The notes: generated from the letters alone by a model not told the origin. DNA of 64,000 nt from an uncultured Candidatus Rokubacteria bacterium (GCA_963771355.1 CAVYTA010000005.1:704001-768000), one strand, 5' to 3'; shown: positions 30,542-40,884, numbered from the stretch's first letter. Numbers and translations are program-made.

Positions 30542-31029
30542 CGCGCACGGTGCGGCTCACCGTCAACGGGCAGACGCGGGCGGGCGCCGCCGAGCCCCGG
30601 CTGTCCCTGGCCGACTTCCTCCGTGAAGTCCTCGACCTCACCGGTACCCACGTGGGCTGCGAGCATGGCGTCTGCGGCGCGTGCACCGTGCTGCTCGACG
30701 GGGAGCCCATCCGCGCCTGTCTCATGCTGGCGGTCCAGGCGGCGGGGCGCAGCATCACCACCGTCGAGGGCCTCGCGCCCGGGGACGGGCTCAGCCCGCT
30801 GCAGCAGGCGTTCCAGGACAAGCATGGCCTACAGTGCGGCTACTGCACGCCGGGCATCCTGCTCACCACGCAGGCCTTCCTGCGCCAGAACCCGAGCCCC
30901 ACGCGCGAGGAAATCCGTGAGATGCTCGCGGGCAATCTCTGCCGGTGCACCGGTTATCACCTCATCGTCGAGGCCATCGAGGCGGCCGCCCACGGGCTCG
31001 CCCGGTCCCACGCTCCGAAACCCGCATGA
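30538..31029 (+). CDS. [2Fe-2S] small subunit (CoxS/CutS-like)
   Basis: GCEHGVCGACTV, QCGYCTPG, NLCRCTGY. Confidence 0.92.
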   Translation: MTRTVRLTVNGQTRAGAAEPRLSLADFLREVLDLTGTHVGCEHGVCGACTVLLDGEPIRACLMLAVQAAGRSITTVEGLAPGDGLSPLQQAFQDKHGLQCGYCTPGILLTTQAFLRQNPSPTREEIREMLAGNLCRCTGYHLIVEAIEAAAHGLARSHAPKPA

Positions 31030-31040
31030 GGAGACCTGCT

Positions 31041-32078
31041 ATGCGCGCTCGTACCGTCGTCGCGATCGTCGCGTCCCTGCTCGCCGTGGTGGCCCCGGCG
31101 CCGGCCGTCTGGGCCCAGAACTCGCTGGTGGTGAGCGTGTGGGGCGGCAACTGGAAGGACACCGTCGAGAAGGTGATCGGCAAGGCGTTCACCGCCAAGA
31201 CCGGTATGCCGGTGGAGTTCGAGGTGGGCGGCACCATCGACCGCCTCGCCAAGGCCCGCGTGGCCAAGGGCAATCCGCTGGTGGACCTCAACTTCACCAC
31301 CACCCACGTGGCGCGGCTCTACATCTCCGACGGGCTCTACGAGAAGCTCGACATGAGCAAGCTCCCCAACGCCAAGGAAATCGCCCCCGAGGCCATCCGC
31401 AGCGATTTCCACCTGGGAACCTGGGCGTACGTCTACACCGTGGTCTACCGGCCAGATCTGATAAAGGAAGACATCACCAAGTGGTCCGATCTCTGGAAGC
31501 CTTCGCTCAAGGGCAAGATCGCCATGCCGGACTTCGATCCCTCCCACATCATCACCATCGCCGCCCTCATGGAAGGCGGCAACGAGGTGACCTGGCAGAA
31601 GGGCGAGGCCAAGCTCAAGCAGATCAAGGAGTCCATCGCGGCCTTCTACTCCACCGACGCCCAGAGCCAGGACCTCATGAAGACGGGCCAGGCGCCGGTG
31701 CAGGTGATGCTCTCCGTCAACGCCTATCACCTCCAGGAGCAGGGCATCCCGGTGAAGGTGGTGCAGCCGGTGGACTATCCGGGCATCGTGGGCATCGACA
31801 CGCTGGGGGTCATGGCGGGCACCAAGAAGTCGGAGGCCGCGCATCAGTTCATCAACATCGCGCTCTCCAAGGAGATCCAGGGCGAGCTGGTCAAGGCGCT
31901 ACGCGCCGGCCCCGTGAACCTGGGTGCCGGCGTGCCGGCCAACCTCAAGGGCCAGCCGGGCATCTTCACCACCGCGGCGGAGTGGAAGAGCCGCGGCTAC
32001 ATCATGAACGACGAGGCCCGGGGCAAGAACCTGCCGCTCTGGCGCGAGTGGTTCACGGCCAATATCGTCAAGAAGTGA
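31041..32078 (+). CDS. PotD/polyamine-type ABC substrate-binding protein
   Basis: Signal peptide, LVVSVWGG, KWSDLWKPSLKGKI; GAGGAG RBS. Confidence 0.85.
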   Translation: MRARTVVAIVASLLAVVAPAPAVWAQNSLVVSVWGGNWKDTVEKVIGKAFTAKTGMPVEFEVGGTIDRLAKARVAKGNPLVDLNFTTTHVARLYISDGLYEKLDMSKLPNAKEIAPEAIRSDFHLGTWAYVYTVVYRPDLIKEDITKWSDLWKPSLKGKIAMPDFDPSHIITIAALMEGGNEVTWQKGEAKLKQIKESIAAFYSTDAQSQDLMKTGQAPVQVMLSVNAYHLQEQGIPVKVVQPVDYPGIVGIDTLGVMAGTKKSEAAHQFINIALSKEIQGELVKALRAGPVNLGAGVPANLKGQPGIFTTAAEWKSRGYIMNDEARGKNLPLWREWFTANIVKK

Positions 32079-32864
32079 GGTTCTTTCTCACCCCCGCCTT
32101 CGTCGTGCTCGCCGTGTTCGGGGCGGCCCTCGCCGCCCTGTTCCGGTGGAGCCTGCTCGAGTTCGTGCCGGGCTCGCTGCAGACGGGCGGGCTCACCCTC
32201 GCCAACTTCCGCGCGGTGCTGGCGGGCCAGTACGTGGACGCGGTGTGGGACACGCTGATCCTGAGCGCGCTGACCACCGTGCTGACCCTGGTGGGAGCCT
32301 ATCCGGTGGCCTATGCGCTGGCGCGGACGCCGTCGCGCCGCGTGCGCTCGGCCCTCCTGGTCCTCACCCTGGCGCCCTTCTTCACCGGCGCGATCGTGCG
32401 GACCTATGCCTGGGTGCTGGTGCTCGGCAACACCGTGGTCACCTGGCCCATCCCCATGCTCTTCACGGAGCGCGGCGTCCTCGTGGGCCTCGTCCACTTC
32501 TCCCTGCCGACCATGATCCTCATCCTCGCCGCCGCCTTGAGTCACATCGATCCCGTCTACGAGCGCGCGGCGGCAAGCCTCGGGGCCTCTCCCGCGCGCG
32601 TCTTCCGCCGCGTGACCCTGCCGCTGTCCATGCCGGGCATCGTGTCCGGCGGGCTCATCGTCTTCGCCTGGACGCTCTCCGCCTTCCCCACGCCGGAGCT
32701 GCTCGGCGGCGGCAAGGTGAAGATGATCGCCAACGTGGTGAAGGACCTTGGGCTCGACTCCTTCAACTGGCCGGGCGCGGCGGCCTTCGCCATGGTGACG
32801 CTCGCCCTCACCCTGACACTCCTCATGGGGCTGGGGCGGCTCACCGGCCGGCCGCGCGGCATGA
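32075..32864 (+). CDS. PotB-type ABC permease (reads in-frame into the next permease as assembled; probable true stop TGA 32862-32864)
   Basis: AYPVAYAL, IVRTYAW, EAA-like YERAAASLGA, NWPGAAA; ATGA junction at 32861. Confidence 0.75.
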
Positions 32865-33637
32865 TGCTGCGCCTGGCGGTGCTCGCCCTCGTGGCCTTCA
32901 TGACGGTTCCCACCGTCGTGGTCATCGCGGTGTCCTTCAACCCCACCGCCATCCTCTCGTTTCCCCCCGCCGGCTTCTCCTGGCGCTGGTACGTCAACGT
33001 GCTCACCTATCCGCAGTTCCAGCGCGCCGCGCTCAATAGTCTGGTGGTGACGGGCGGCGCGGTGGCCCTGGCGCTGCCCATCGGCACTTTGGCCGCGCTG
33101 GCGCTGGAGCGCGGCCGGCTACGCGCGCCCAATGTCTGGGCCGCGCTGCTGCTCTCGCCGCTGGTGGTGCCGGGCGTGGCGGCCGGCCTCGGCTTCCTCA
33201 TCCTCGCCGCCGCCGCCGGCCTCCTCCGGAGCCGCGTCGTGCTCATCGTCGCCCACGTGGCCCTGGTCCTGCCGTTCGTGGTGCGCTCGGTGTGGGTGAG
33301 CGTGCGCAACCTGGATCCGACGCTCGAGCGCGCCGCGGCGAGCCTGGGGGCGACGCCGTGGCGCACGTTCTTCCGGGTGACCCTGCCGCTGCTGCGACCG
33401 GGCCTGTTCGCGGCGCTCCTGTTCGCGGTGGTGGTGTCGGCCAACGAGTTCGTGGTCTCGCTCTTCATCTCGAACCGCGTCACCGAGATCCTGCCGGTGG
33501 CGATGTTCAGCTACGTGGTCAACTACACGGATCCCACCATCGCCGCGCTGTCGAGCCTCTTCATCCTGGCTACCTTCTTCCTGGTCTGGCTCGCCGACCG
33601 CTATCTCGGTCTCGGCCGGGTGTTCCTCCAGCACTGA
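32861..33637 (+). CDS. PotC-type ABC permease
   Basis: VSFNP, FPPAGFSWRWY, SPLVVPG, LERAAASLGA, DPTIAALS. Confidence 0.8.
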   Translation: MMLRLAVLALVAFMTVPTVVVIAVSFNPTAILSFPPAGFSWRWYVNVLTYPQFQRAALNSLVVTGGAVALALPIGTLAALALERGRLRAPNVWAALLLSPLVVPGVAAGLGFLILAAAAGLLRSRVVLIVAHVALVLPFVVRSVWVSVRNLDPTLERAAASLGATPWRTFFRVTLPLLRPGLFAALLFAVVVSANEFVVSLFISNRVTEILPVAMFSYVVNYTDPTIAALSSLFILATFFLVWLADRYLGLGRVFLQH

Positions 33638-33638
33638 C

Positions 33639-34736
33639 ATGGCCAAGGCGGTCCCAAAGGCTGTGCCAAAGGCGGTGGTAGAGCTCCAGGGCTGCACGCG
33701 CGCGTACGGGACCGTACGCGCGGTGGAGGCGCTCGATCTCGCGGTGGTCGAGGGCGAGTTCCTCTCGCTCCTCGGCCCGTCGGGCTGCGGGAAGACGACC
33801 ACGCTCAACCTGATCGCGGGCTTCGTCGAGCCCACCGCGGGGCGCATCCTCATCGACGGCGAGGACGTGACGGGCCGCCCCGCCCACCTCCGGGGCCTCG
33901 GCGTGGTGTTCCAGTCCTACGCGCTCTTCCCGCATCTGTCCGTCTTCGAGAACGTGGCCTTCGGGCTGCGTGAGCGGCGCGTCTCCAGCGCGGAGATCAA
34001 CCGGAAGGTGGGGGAGGCCCTCGCCCTGGTGCGCCTGGAGGGTCGGGAGCGCCAGCGGCCCGCGGAGCTGTCCGGCGGCATGCAGCAGCGCGTGGCCCTG
34101 GCCCGCGCGCTGGTCTACCGGCCGCGCGTGCTGCTGCTCGACGAGCCGCTGGCCGCGCTGGATCGCAAGCTTCGCGAGGAGATGCGCGACGAGCTGCGCG
34201 CCATCCAGCAGTCGGTCGGCATCACCACCGTCTTCGTGACCCATGATCAGGCGGAGGCGCTCGGGCTCTCGGACCGGATCGCGGTGATGAGCCATGGACG
34301 CATCGAGCAGCTCGGCGCCCCCCGCGAGATCTACGAGCGCCCCGCCACGCGCTTCGTGGCCGACTTCATCGGCGCCTCTACCGTGCTGCGGGGCACGGCC
34401 GCGGGAGGGGACGCGGTGGCGCTGGGCGGCGGGGCCACCGTCCGGCTGGCCGCCGGCCGCGCGCTGCGGGCGGGGGAGACGGTCGACCTCGCGATCCGGC
34501 CCGAGCGCGTGCGCCTGGCGGCGGGCCCCGCGGATAACGTGGTGGCGGCGCAGATCGAGGGGCTCGTCTACCAGGGATCCCAGACGGACGTGACGGCGCG
34601 GCTCGCCGACGGCCAGCGTGTGCTGGTGTTCGTCGTCGAGCCCGCGCCCATGCCGCTGGCGCGGGGACAGACGGTGCATCTGCTCCTGCCCGCCGATGCG
34701 TTCATGGTGCTCAGCGGCGCGGGAGTGACGCCGTGA
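33639..34736 (+). CDS. PotA-type ABC ATPase
   Basis: GPSGCGKTT, VFQSYALFPH, LSGGMQQR, VTHDQ, TOBE-like C-terminus. Confidence 0.9.
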   Translation: MAKAVPKAVPKAVVELQGCTRAYGTVRAVEALDLAVVEGEFLSLLGPSGCGKTTTLNLIAGFVEPTAGRILIDGEDVTGRPAHLRGLGVVFQSYALFPHLSVFENVAFGLRERRVSSAEINRKVGEALALVRLEGRERQRPAELSGGMQQRVALARALVYRPRVLLLDEPLAALDRKLREEMRDELRAIQQSVGITTVFVTHDQAEALGLSDRIAVMSHGRIEQLGAPREIYERPATRFVADFIGASTVLRGTAAGGDAVALGGGATVRLAAGRALRAGETVDLAIRPERVRLAAGPADNVVAAQIEGLVYQGSQTDVTARLADGQRVLVFVVEPAPMPLARGQTVHLLLPADAFMVLSGAGVTP

Positions 34737-35227
34737 CCGGCGCCGCGCGCATCGTCGCGGGGCTCGAGTCCGCCGGGGTCACGCTGGCCGCCTCCGTGCC
34801 CGACACCTGGATCGGCCGGCTCATGGCGGAGGTGCGCCGCTCGCCCCGCATCCGCACCGTGGACGTGGCGCGCGAGGAGGAGGCGGTGGCGGTGGCCTGC
34901 GGCGCCAACCTCGCGGGCGGCCGCGGCGCGGTGCTCATCCAGAACGCGGGGCTGCTGAACTGCGGCGGCATTCTCGGCGGGCTGGTGGCGCTCTACCGGC
35001 TGCCCTGCTTCTTCATCGTGTCGCTGCGCGGCGACGCGCGGGACCCGATCTTCTATCACCAGCCCAAGGGCAAGGTGACCGAGGCCACGCTGAAGGCCTG
35101 GGGCCTGGCGTATGCCCTCGCCGACAGGTCGGGCGACCTCGCGGCCCAGGTTCGTACGGGTGTCGAGGCGGCGGCCGCGGCGCGCGCGCCCTATGTGCTG
35201 CTGATCAGCGGGGAGGACCTCGCGTGA
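34733..35227 (+). CDS. Sulfopyruvate/phosphonopyruvate decarboxylase alpha subunit-like (ComD-like)
   Basis: SVPD, AREEEAVAVACG, IQNAGLLN, IVSLRG; TPP-enzyme PYR domain only. Confidence 0.75.
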   Translation: MTGAARIVAGLESAGVTLAASVPDTWIGRLMAEVRRSPRIRTVDVAREEEAVAVACGANLAGGRGAVLIQNAGLLNCGGILGGLVALYRLPCFFIVSLRGDARDPIFYHQPKGKVTEATLKAWGLAYALADRSGDLAAQVRTGVEAAAAARAPYVLLISGEDLA

Positions 35228-35778
35228 CCGGCCGCAAGCCCTTCCTCGACGCGCTCGTCGCCTGGCTCCGCGCGGAGGACGTGCTCATCTCGTGTCTCGG
35301 CGCCAATGCGCGATGGCTGCCGCACCTGCGGGTCCGCTCGCCCGTCTTCGCCATGTGCGACTCGATGAGCGCGGCCATTCCGCTCGCGCTGGGCGTCGCC
35401 TTGACGCGACCCGACCGCCACGTGGTGGCGCTGGAGGGCGACGGCTCGCTCCTGATGAGCCCGAACGTGCTGGCCACGGTGGCGGCGGCACGGCCCGCCA
35501 ACCTCACCATGATCCTCTGGGTGAACGGGTACTACGAGTCGTCCGGGGGGCAGGCGCTGCCCGCGGCGCCGGTGGACTGGCCGGCCCTGGCGCGGGCCGC
35601 CGGCATCGCAAAGGTGGAGACGGTGACGGAGCCGGGCAGGCTCGCGCGAGCGCTGGACGCGGCGCGCGCCGCCGGCGAGCCCGCGGTGCTGGTGCTGCCC
35701 ATCGCCTTCGATCCCGCCGAGGAGATCCCGCCCTACTCGGAGCGCCCGGAGGAGATCACGGCCCGCTTCCGGCTCTAG
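35224..35778 (+). CDS. Sulfopyruvate/phosphonopyruvate decarboxylase beta subunit-like (ComE-like)
   Basis: TPP motif EGDGSLLM...VNGYYESSGGQ. Confidence 0.75.
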   Translation: MTGRKPFLDALVAWLRAEDVLISCLGANARWLPHLRVRSPVFAMCDSMSAAIPLALGVALTRPDRHVVALEGDGSLLMSPNVLATVAAARPANLTMILWVNGYYESSGGQALPAAPVDWPALARAAGIAKVETVTEPGRLARALDAARAAGEPAVLVLPIAFDPAEEIPPYSERPEEITARFRL

Positions 35779-36408
35779 GGGAGCGGACACTCCGCGCCCG
35801 TCTCGGCCCATGCTCGAATCAGCGCCGCGAAGGCCCCGTGCGTCCCAGGGGGAGGCCGGCGCCCCTTTCCCGGCGCCCACGCCCAGATCACGAGCGCATC
35901 GTTCGTCACGTGGGTGACGAGATCGTCGATGCTGCGGCTGCCGTTCTTGTCCGGGTCCTTGAGCTGGACGCAGATCCTCGGAGAGCGGGAGCCCGCGCAA
36001 GCCCATGGAGGCCGGCGCGAGATTCCAGCCGGCGAGCCCGGGCATGCCGACCGCGTCGTAATTGGCATCCTGATGACAGGCCGGGCAGCGGAGGCCGGGC
36101 GCGCCGAGGCCGTCGGCGCCGCGCCGCACCGCCGGCTGATGGGGTACTCCCTCATCGCCCTGCCGAGCGCGATCGTCTCCGGCGTGGCAATTCCGACATC
36201 GCGGATGCTGGAAGACCTTGCCGGCCTCGACGAAGAGGGCAATCGAGCGCTGGGTCCGGTCGACGATGGAGGCGAAGGCCTCGGGCCCGCGCAGCGCGGC
36301 GGCGTCCTGAGCGCGGGCTGCGCGAGGGGCGCCGCCGCCGGCGAGCGCGGTGACGGCGATGGCGGCGGCCACGATGGCCGCGTACCCTCCCCGGGCGCGC
36401 GCGGTCAT
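35775..36408 (-). CDS. Exported diheme cytochrome c associated with IorAB (+1 frameshift near 35977)
   Basis: Signal peptide; CRNCH and CPACH; C-terminus [12 protein letters not shown]...WAETGAECP in the next frame. Confidence 0.8.
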
Positions 36409-38574
36409 GACGGCCTCGCGCCGCCGCCGGCGAGCCGGGAAAACGGCAGGCGATGGACCGGGCGGCCGCTGAGCGCGAGCCAGGCATTGGCGACCGCCGG
36501 CGCGATGGGCGGCACGCCGGGCTCACCGACCCCCGTGGGCGGCGCCGCCGAGGGCACGATGTGCACCTCGACGCGCGGCATCTCGTCGATGCGCAGGATC
36601 CGGAAGTCGTGGAAGTTGGACTGCTGCACCCGCCCGTCGACCACGGTGATCTCGCTCCAGAGTGCCGAGCCGAGGCCGAAGCCGATGCTGCCCTCCATCT
36701 GCGCGCGCACGACGTCGGGATTCACCGCGATGCCGCAGTCCACCGCGCAGACGACGCGCTCGACCCTGGGGAGGCCATCGCCGTCGCGCGACACCTCGGC
36801 CACCTGGGCCACGACGCTCCTGAACGACTCGTGCAGGGCCACGCCCCGAGCGCGCCCGGGCGGCAGCGGCTGGCCCCATCCGGCCTGGCGCGCGGCCAGG
36901 TCCAGCACCCCCAGGTGACGGGGATGGCCCTGCAGCAAGGCGCGGCGCGTGTCCACGGGATCACGGCCGGCGGCGCGGGCCACCTCGTCCAGGAAGGTCT
37001 CGGTGGAGTACGCGGTATGCGTGCTGCCCACCGAGCGCCACCAGAGCACGGGGATGCCCACCGTGGTGGTGTGCAGCTCCACGGCGATGTTCGGGATGGC
37101 ATAGGGCAGATTGGCGGCGCCCTCGACGGAGGTGAGGTCGATCCCGTCCCGGATGCGAAGGGGAGCGAGCGGCGTCCCCGTGACGAGAGACTGTCCCACG
37201 ATCCGGTGTTCCCACGCCACGATGCGACCGCCCCCATCCAGCCCCGCGCGCAGCCGGTGTACGTAGAGGGGCCGATAGGAACCGCCCTGGATATCGTCCT
37301 CGCGGGTCCAGATGAGCTTGATCGTCCGCGCGCCGCCCGAGCGCCTTGGCGACGCTGGCCGCCTCGACCGCCACGTCGCCGCGCGCTGTGGAGCGGCGGC
37401 CGAAGCTGCCGCCGGCGAGGAGGGTGTGGATGCGCACTTTGTCGGACGGGAGGCCGAATACCGCCGCGACCGCCTGCTGCTCGATGATCGGGGTCTGGGA
37501 GGCAATCCAGACCTCGCACCCGTCCGCGCCGAGCCTGACCACGCAGTCGAGCGGCTCCATGGGAGTGTGCGCGAGGTACGGGAACTCGTAGACGGCCTCG
37601 AGCACCCGGGCCGCGCCGGCCAGCGCCGCCTCCGGGTCACCCTGCCGGCGCGCCCGCGCGCCCGGCTGCGCGGCGAGCACACGGTAGGCGGCGTAGAGCT
37701 CCGCGCTCCCCCGCCTCTCGGCGGCGGTCTCGTCCCAGTCGATGCGCAGGGCGCTCCGGCCCTTGATGGCGGCCCAGGCGCCTCGCGCGACCACGGCGAC
37801 GCCGGACGGGACCGGCACGACGTCGGTCACGCCGGGCACCCGCCGCGCCGCCGAGGCATCGAACGACTTCACGGTGGCGCCGAATCGGGGCGGGCGCGCG
37901 ATGACGGCGGTGAGCATGTCGGGCAGGCGGACGTCGTACGTGTACTCCGCCGAGCCGGTCGTCTTGGCGCGCGAGTCCACCCGGGGCGCGTGCCGCCCGA
38001 TCAGCTTGAAGTCCTTCGGGTCCTTGAGGGTGACCTGGGCCGGGGGCGTCTGCCGGGCCGCGTCGGACGCCAGCTCGCCGAAAGTGGCGCGGCGGCCGCT
38101 CGCCGCATGCGCGAGCACGCCCCGGTCCACCGTGATCTCCCCGGCCGGCACCTTCCAGCGCTGTGCCGCCGCCGCGATCAGCATGGCGCGGGCGGTGGCG
38201 CCGGCCCGGCGGAGCTGCTCCCAGGAATTGGCCATGGACGTGCTGCCGCCGGTGCCCTGCATCGGGCCCCAGGCCAGGTTGTTGTAGCGCGCGACGTCGA
38301 TGGGCGCCTCCTCGACGCGGATCTGCGACCAGTCGGCGTCGAGCTCCTCGGCCAGGAGGGTCGCCAGTCCGGTATGCGCGCCTTGCCCGAGCTCGATGTG
38401 CTTCGCGATGATGGTGACGGTATTGTCCGGCGCGATCCGCACGAAGGCGTTGGGCGCGAGCACGGCCGGCGCCGCCGTCCCGCCCTGAGCGGACGCCCGA
38501 TCGAGGCGCAGGCCGATCACGAGCCCCATCCCGGCGACCGCCCCGCTCACGAGGAACTGGCGGCGGCTCGGCAT
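36405..38574 (-). CDS. iorB: Isoquinoline 1-oxidoreductase beta-like Mo subunit, Tat-exported (+1 frameshift near 37330)
   Basis: SRRQFL Tat motif, [18 protein letters not shown]; then [30 protein letters not shown] in the next frame. Confidence 0.85.
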
Positions 38575-39026
38575 CACAAGGTCTTCGCCGCCTCGTGAAT
38601 GGCGGCGCGGATGCGGACATACGTGGCGCAGCGGCAGAGGTTGCCGGTCATGGCCGCGTCGATGTCGGCGTCGGTCGGTCTGGCGACCTCCGAGAGCAGC
38701 GCCACCGCCGACATGATCTGGCCGGACTGACAGTACCCGCACTGCACGACGTCCAGGCGGTTCCACGCCTCCTGGACGGCCTGCGCGACCTTGCCCGATA
38801 CGCCTTCGATGGTGGTGACTCGACGGCCCTCGGCCGCGGTGACGGGCGTCACGCAGGAGCGGACCGCCTGACCGTCGAGGTGCACCGTGCACGCGCCGCA
38901 CTGGGCAGCCCCGCAGCCGTACTTGGTCCCGGTGAGCCCGAGCTCCTCGCGCAGCACCCAGAGGAGCGGTGTGTCGGGGTCGGGCGCCACCTGAACCGCG
39001 CGGCCATTGACGTGGAAGGTCGCCAT
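38574..39026 (-). CDS. iorA: Isoquinoline 1-oxidoreductase alpha-like [2Fe-2S] subunit
   Basis: [38 protein letters not shown]. Confidence 0.9.
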   Translation of the reverse strand: MATFHVNGRAVQVAPDPDTPLLWVLREELGLTGTKYGCGAAQCGACTVHLDGQAVRSCVTPVTAAEGRRVTTIEGVSGKVAQAVQEAWNRLDVVQCGYCQSGQIMSAVALLSEVARPTDADIDAAMTGNLCRCATYVRIRAAIHEAAKTL

Positions 39027-39044
39027 GACAGTCTCCCGCAGCCG

Positions 39045-40034
39045 TCAGCGGCCGGCGCGGCCGGCCGCGCCCACCGCGTCCAGCAGCGGTTCCGGCGTAT
39101 CCGGATTGATGGAGCAGTCGGGCCCGAGGAGCAGCCAGCGCCCGCTCATCTCATCGAGGGCGCGCCCGGTGCGCGCCACGAGCTCGTCGGCCGACAGGGA
39201 CGCGATCTCGGGCTTGGCGGGAAGCCCGCCCACCACCGCGCGTCCCGTGCGCTCGTGTACGGTGGCCAGGCTCGGATTGCCCGCCACGGTGGCCCAGGAA
39301 AACGCCGTCACCGGATAGTCAACGAACTCCTCGAGGAGGATGCCGCTCCCGCAAATGTGCAGCAGGTTGAAGGGTGCCATCACCACCGATCCCAGCACGC
39401 GCAGATCCCAGGGCCGCTGCCAGCGCCGGCACTCATCCGCCGACATGAGCGACCGGGTGGCGACATTCGTGGCGTAGAAGAGCCCGTCGGCGCCGGCGGC
39501 GACGCAGGCCCGGGCGTACTCGGCGAGCGTATCCGTCATCACGCCCAGCGCATGCTCGGTCTCGCGGGGCGCCGAACGGGCCAGCGCCAGGGCCTGATCG
39601 CGGCCGCCGTGGCAGAGCATGGGCAGGACCATCATGGGCGCGAAGATGGTCCAGATGATGGGCACGTCCGGCCCGACGCCGGCGCGAATGAGGCGCAGCG
39701 CTTCGAGCTGCTCCCCAAGAGCCCCCGCGTGCGGGTCGGCGGGACGCAGCCGCGCGAGATCCGCCGCGTCCGCCACCGGCGCCCGCGTCACCGTGAAGGG
39801 CCGTGCGCGATCGTCGGACGGCGCATAGGTGAGCCCCCACATCTCCGCGAAGCACTGGGCACGCGACTGCGGCTTGAGGAAGTCCCAGTCGAAGCGGTGG
39901 AGGAGCCGCCGCGTCTCCTCCGCCAGCCCCTTCGCGGAGTTCTCGGTGGCGAAGTTGTGGAGCCAGAACGCCAGGGGCACGCGGTCCACCGGGGCGCCCC
40001 GCAGCGCCGCCATCACCCGCTCGCGCTTGGTCAT
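39045..40034 (-). CDS. Uroporphyrinogen decarboxylase (URO-D/MtaA) superfamily protein
   Basis: MTKRERVMAAL...DRVP, AGADGLF, LHICG, LGPDCSI; lacks the HemE RQAGR motif. Confidence 0.8.
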   Translation of the reverse strand: MTKRERVMAALRGAPVDRVPLAFWLHNFATENSAKGLAEETRRLLHRFDWDFLKPQSRAQCFAEMWGLTYAPSDDRARPFTVTRAPVADAADLARLRPADPHAGALGEQLEALRLIRAGVGPDVPIIWTIFAPMMVLPMLCHGGRDQALALARSAPRETEHALGVMTDTLAEYARACVAAGADGLFYATNVATRSLMSADECRRWQRPWDLRVLGSVVMAPFNLLHICGSGILLEEFVDYPVTAFSWATVAGNPSLATVHERTGRAVVGGLPAKPEIASLSADELVARTGRALDEMSGRWLLLGPDCSINPDTPEPLLDAVGAAGRAGR

Positions 40035-40053
40035 GGGCGGGAGGGTACCACGG

Positions 40054-40884
40054 CTACATCTGGCCGAAGAAGGCGAGGTACTCCGCGCGCAGGAAGCGCT
40101 CCAGCAGGAGCAGGAGCACGGCGCCGGGGACCATCAGCACCAGCGCGGTGACCGACGCGATCTGCAGCTCGTAGCCGATCGACGCCGTGTACATGTAGAC
40201 GGGCAGGGTGGTGACGAAGGGCGCGCCCACGAGCAGCGTCCCCGTGAACTCGTCGAGCGAGTAGAGGAATACGAGGAGCGCGCTGGCCACGATGCCGGGC
40301 ACGGCGAGCGGGAGCGCGATTCCCAGGAAGGCGCGCGTGGTGGAGGCGCCGAGGTTCCAGGCCGCTTCCTCCAGCTCGGGCGCGATGGCGCGGAACACCG
40401 CCGTCATGGTCCAGACGGCGAAGACGAGGCCGCCCACCAGATGCACGAGCACCACGCCCGGCACGGTACCGGCCAGGCCCCAGCGGTAGAACTCGCGCGT
40501 GGCGCTGGCGAACACCGGGAGCTGCGGGAAGGCCTGGGGGAGCAGGAACAGCAGGAGCACCACCGTCCGGCCGCGGAAGGCGAGGCGGGCCAGCGCGTAG
40601 CCGAGCGGCACCGCCAGGATCAGCGCGAGCACCGTCACCACCGTCGCGACGACCAGCCCGGTGCGCAGCGGCTCCAGGAAATCGCCCGTCGCCATTCGCG
40701 CCCAGTACCGAAGCCCGAAGCGCTGGGGCCAGGGGCTGCCCGCCGTCCACCGTTCGGCCAGCGACCACACCACCAGGCTCGCCAGCGGCCCCGCCACCAC
40801 GAAGGCTGCGACGGCCAGCGCGGCGGCCCGCCCGACGAGTCGGCCGAGCCGGGGGGACGGGCCGGAGACGGGCCCGTCAGCCAT
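40054..40884 (-). CDS. ABC permease
   Basis: LEEAAWNLGAS EAA loop, SLDEF, TTLPV. Confidence 0.88.
   Translation of the reverse strand: MADGPVSGPSPRLGRLVGRAAALAVAAFVVAGPLASLVVWSLAERWTAGSPWPQRFGLRYWARMATGDFLEPLRTGLVVATVVTVLALILAVPLGYALARLAFRGRTVVLLLFLLPQAFPQLPVFASATREFYRWGLAGTVPGVVLVHLVGGLVFAVWTMTAVFRAIAPELEEAAWNLGASTTRAFLGIALPLAVPGIVASALLVFLYSLDEFTGTLLVGAPFVTTLPVYMYTASIGYELQIASVTALVLMVPGAVLLLLLERFLRAEYLAFFGQM

Noticed and set aside
30623..33637. 1004-aa ORF / fused double permease
   Set aside because: The N-terminal part is an off-frame shadow of the CoxS-like and SBP genes; the permease fusion is undone by one +1 error giving a normal ATGA overlap at 32861-32864. Needs read confirmation.
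39045..40034. True hemE
   Set aside because: Lacks the RQAGR motif and has no heme-pathway neighbours.
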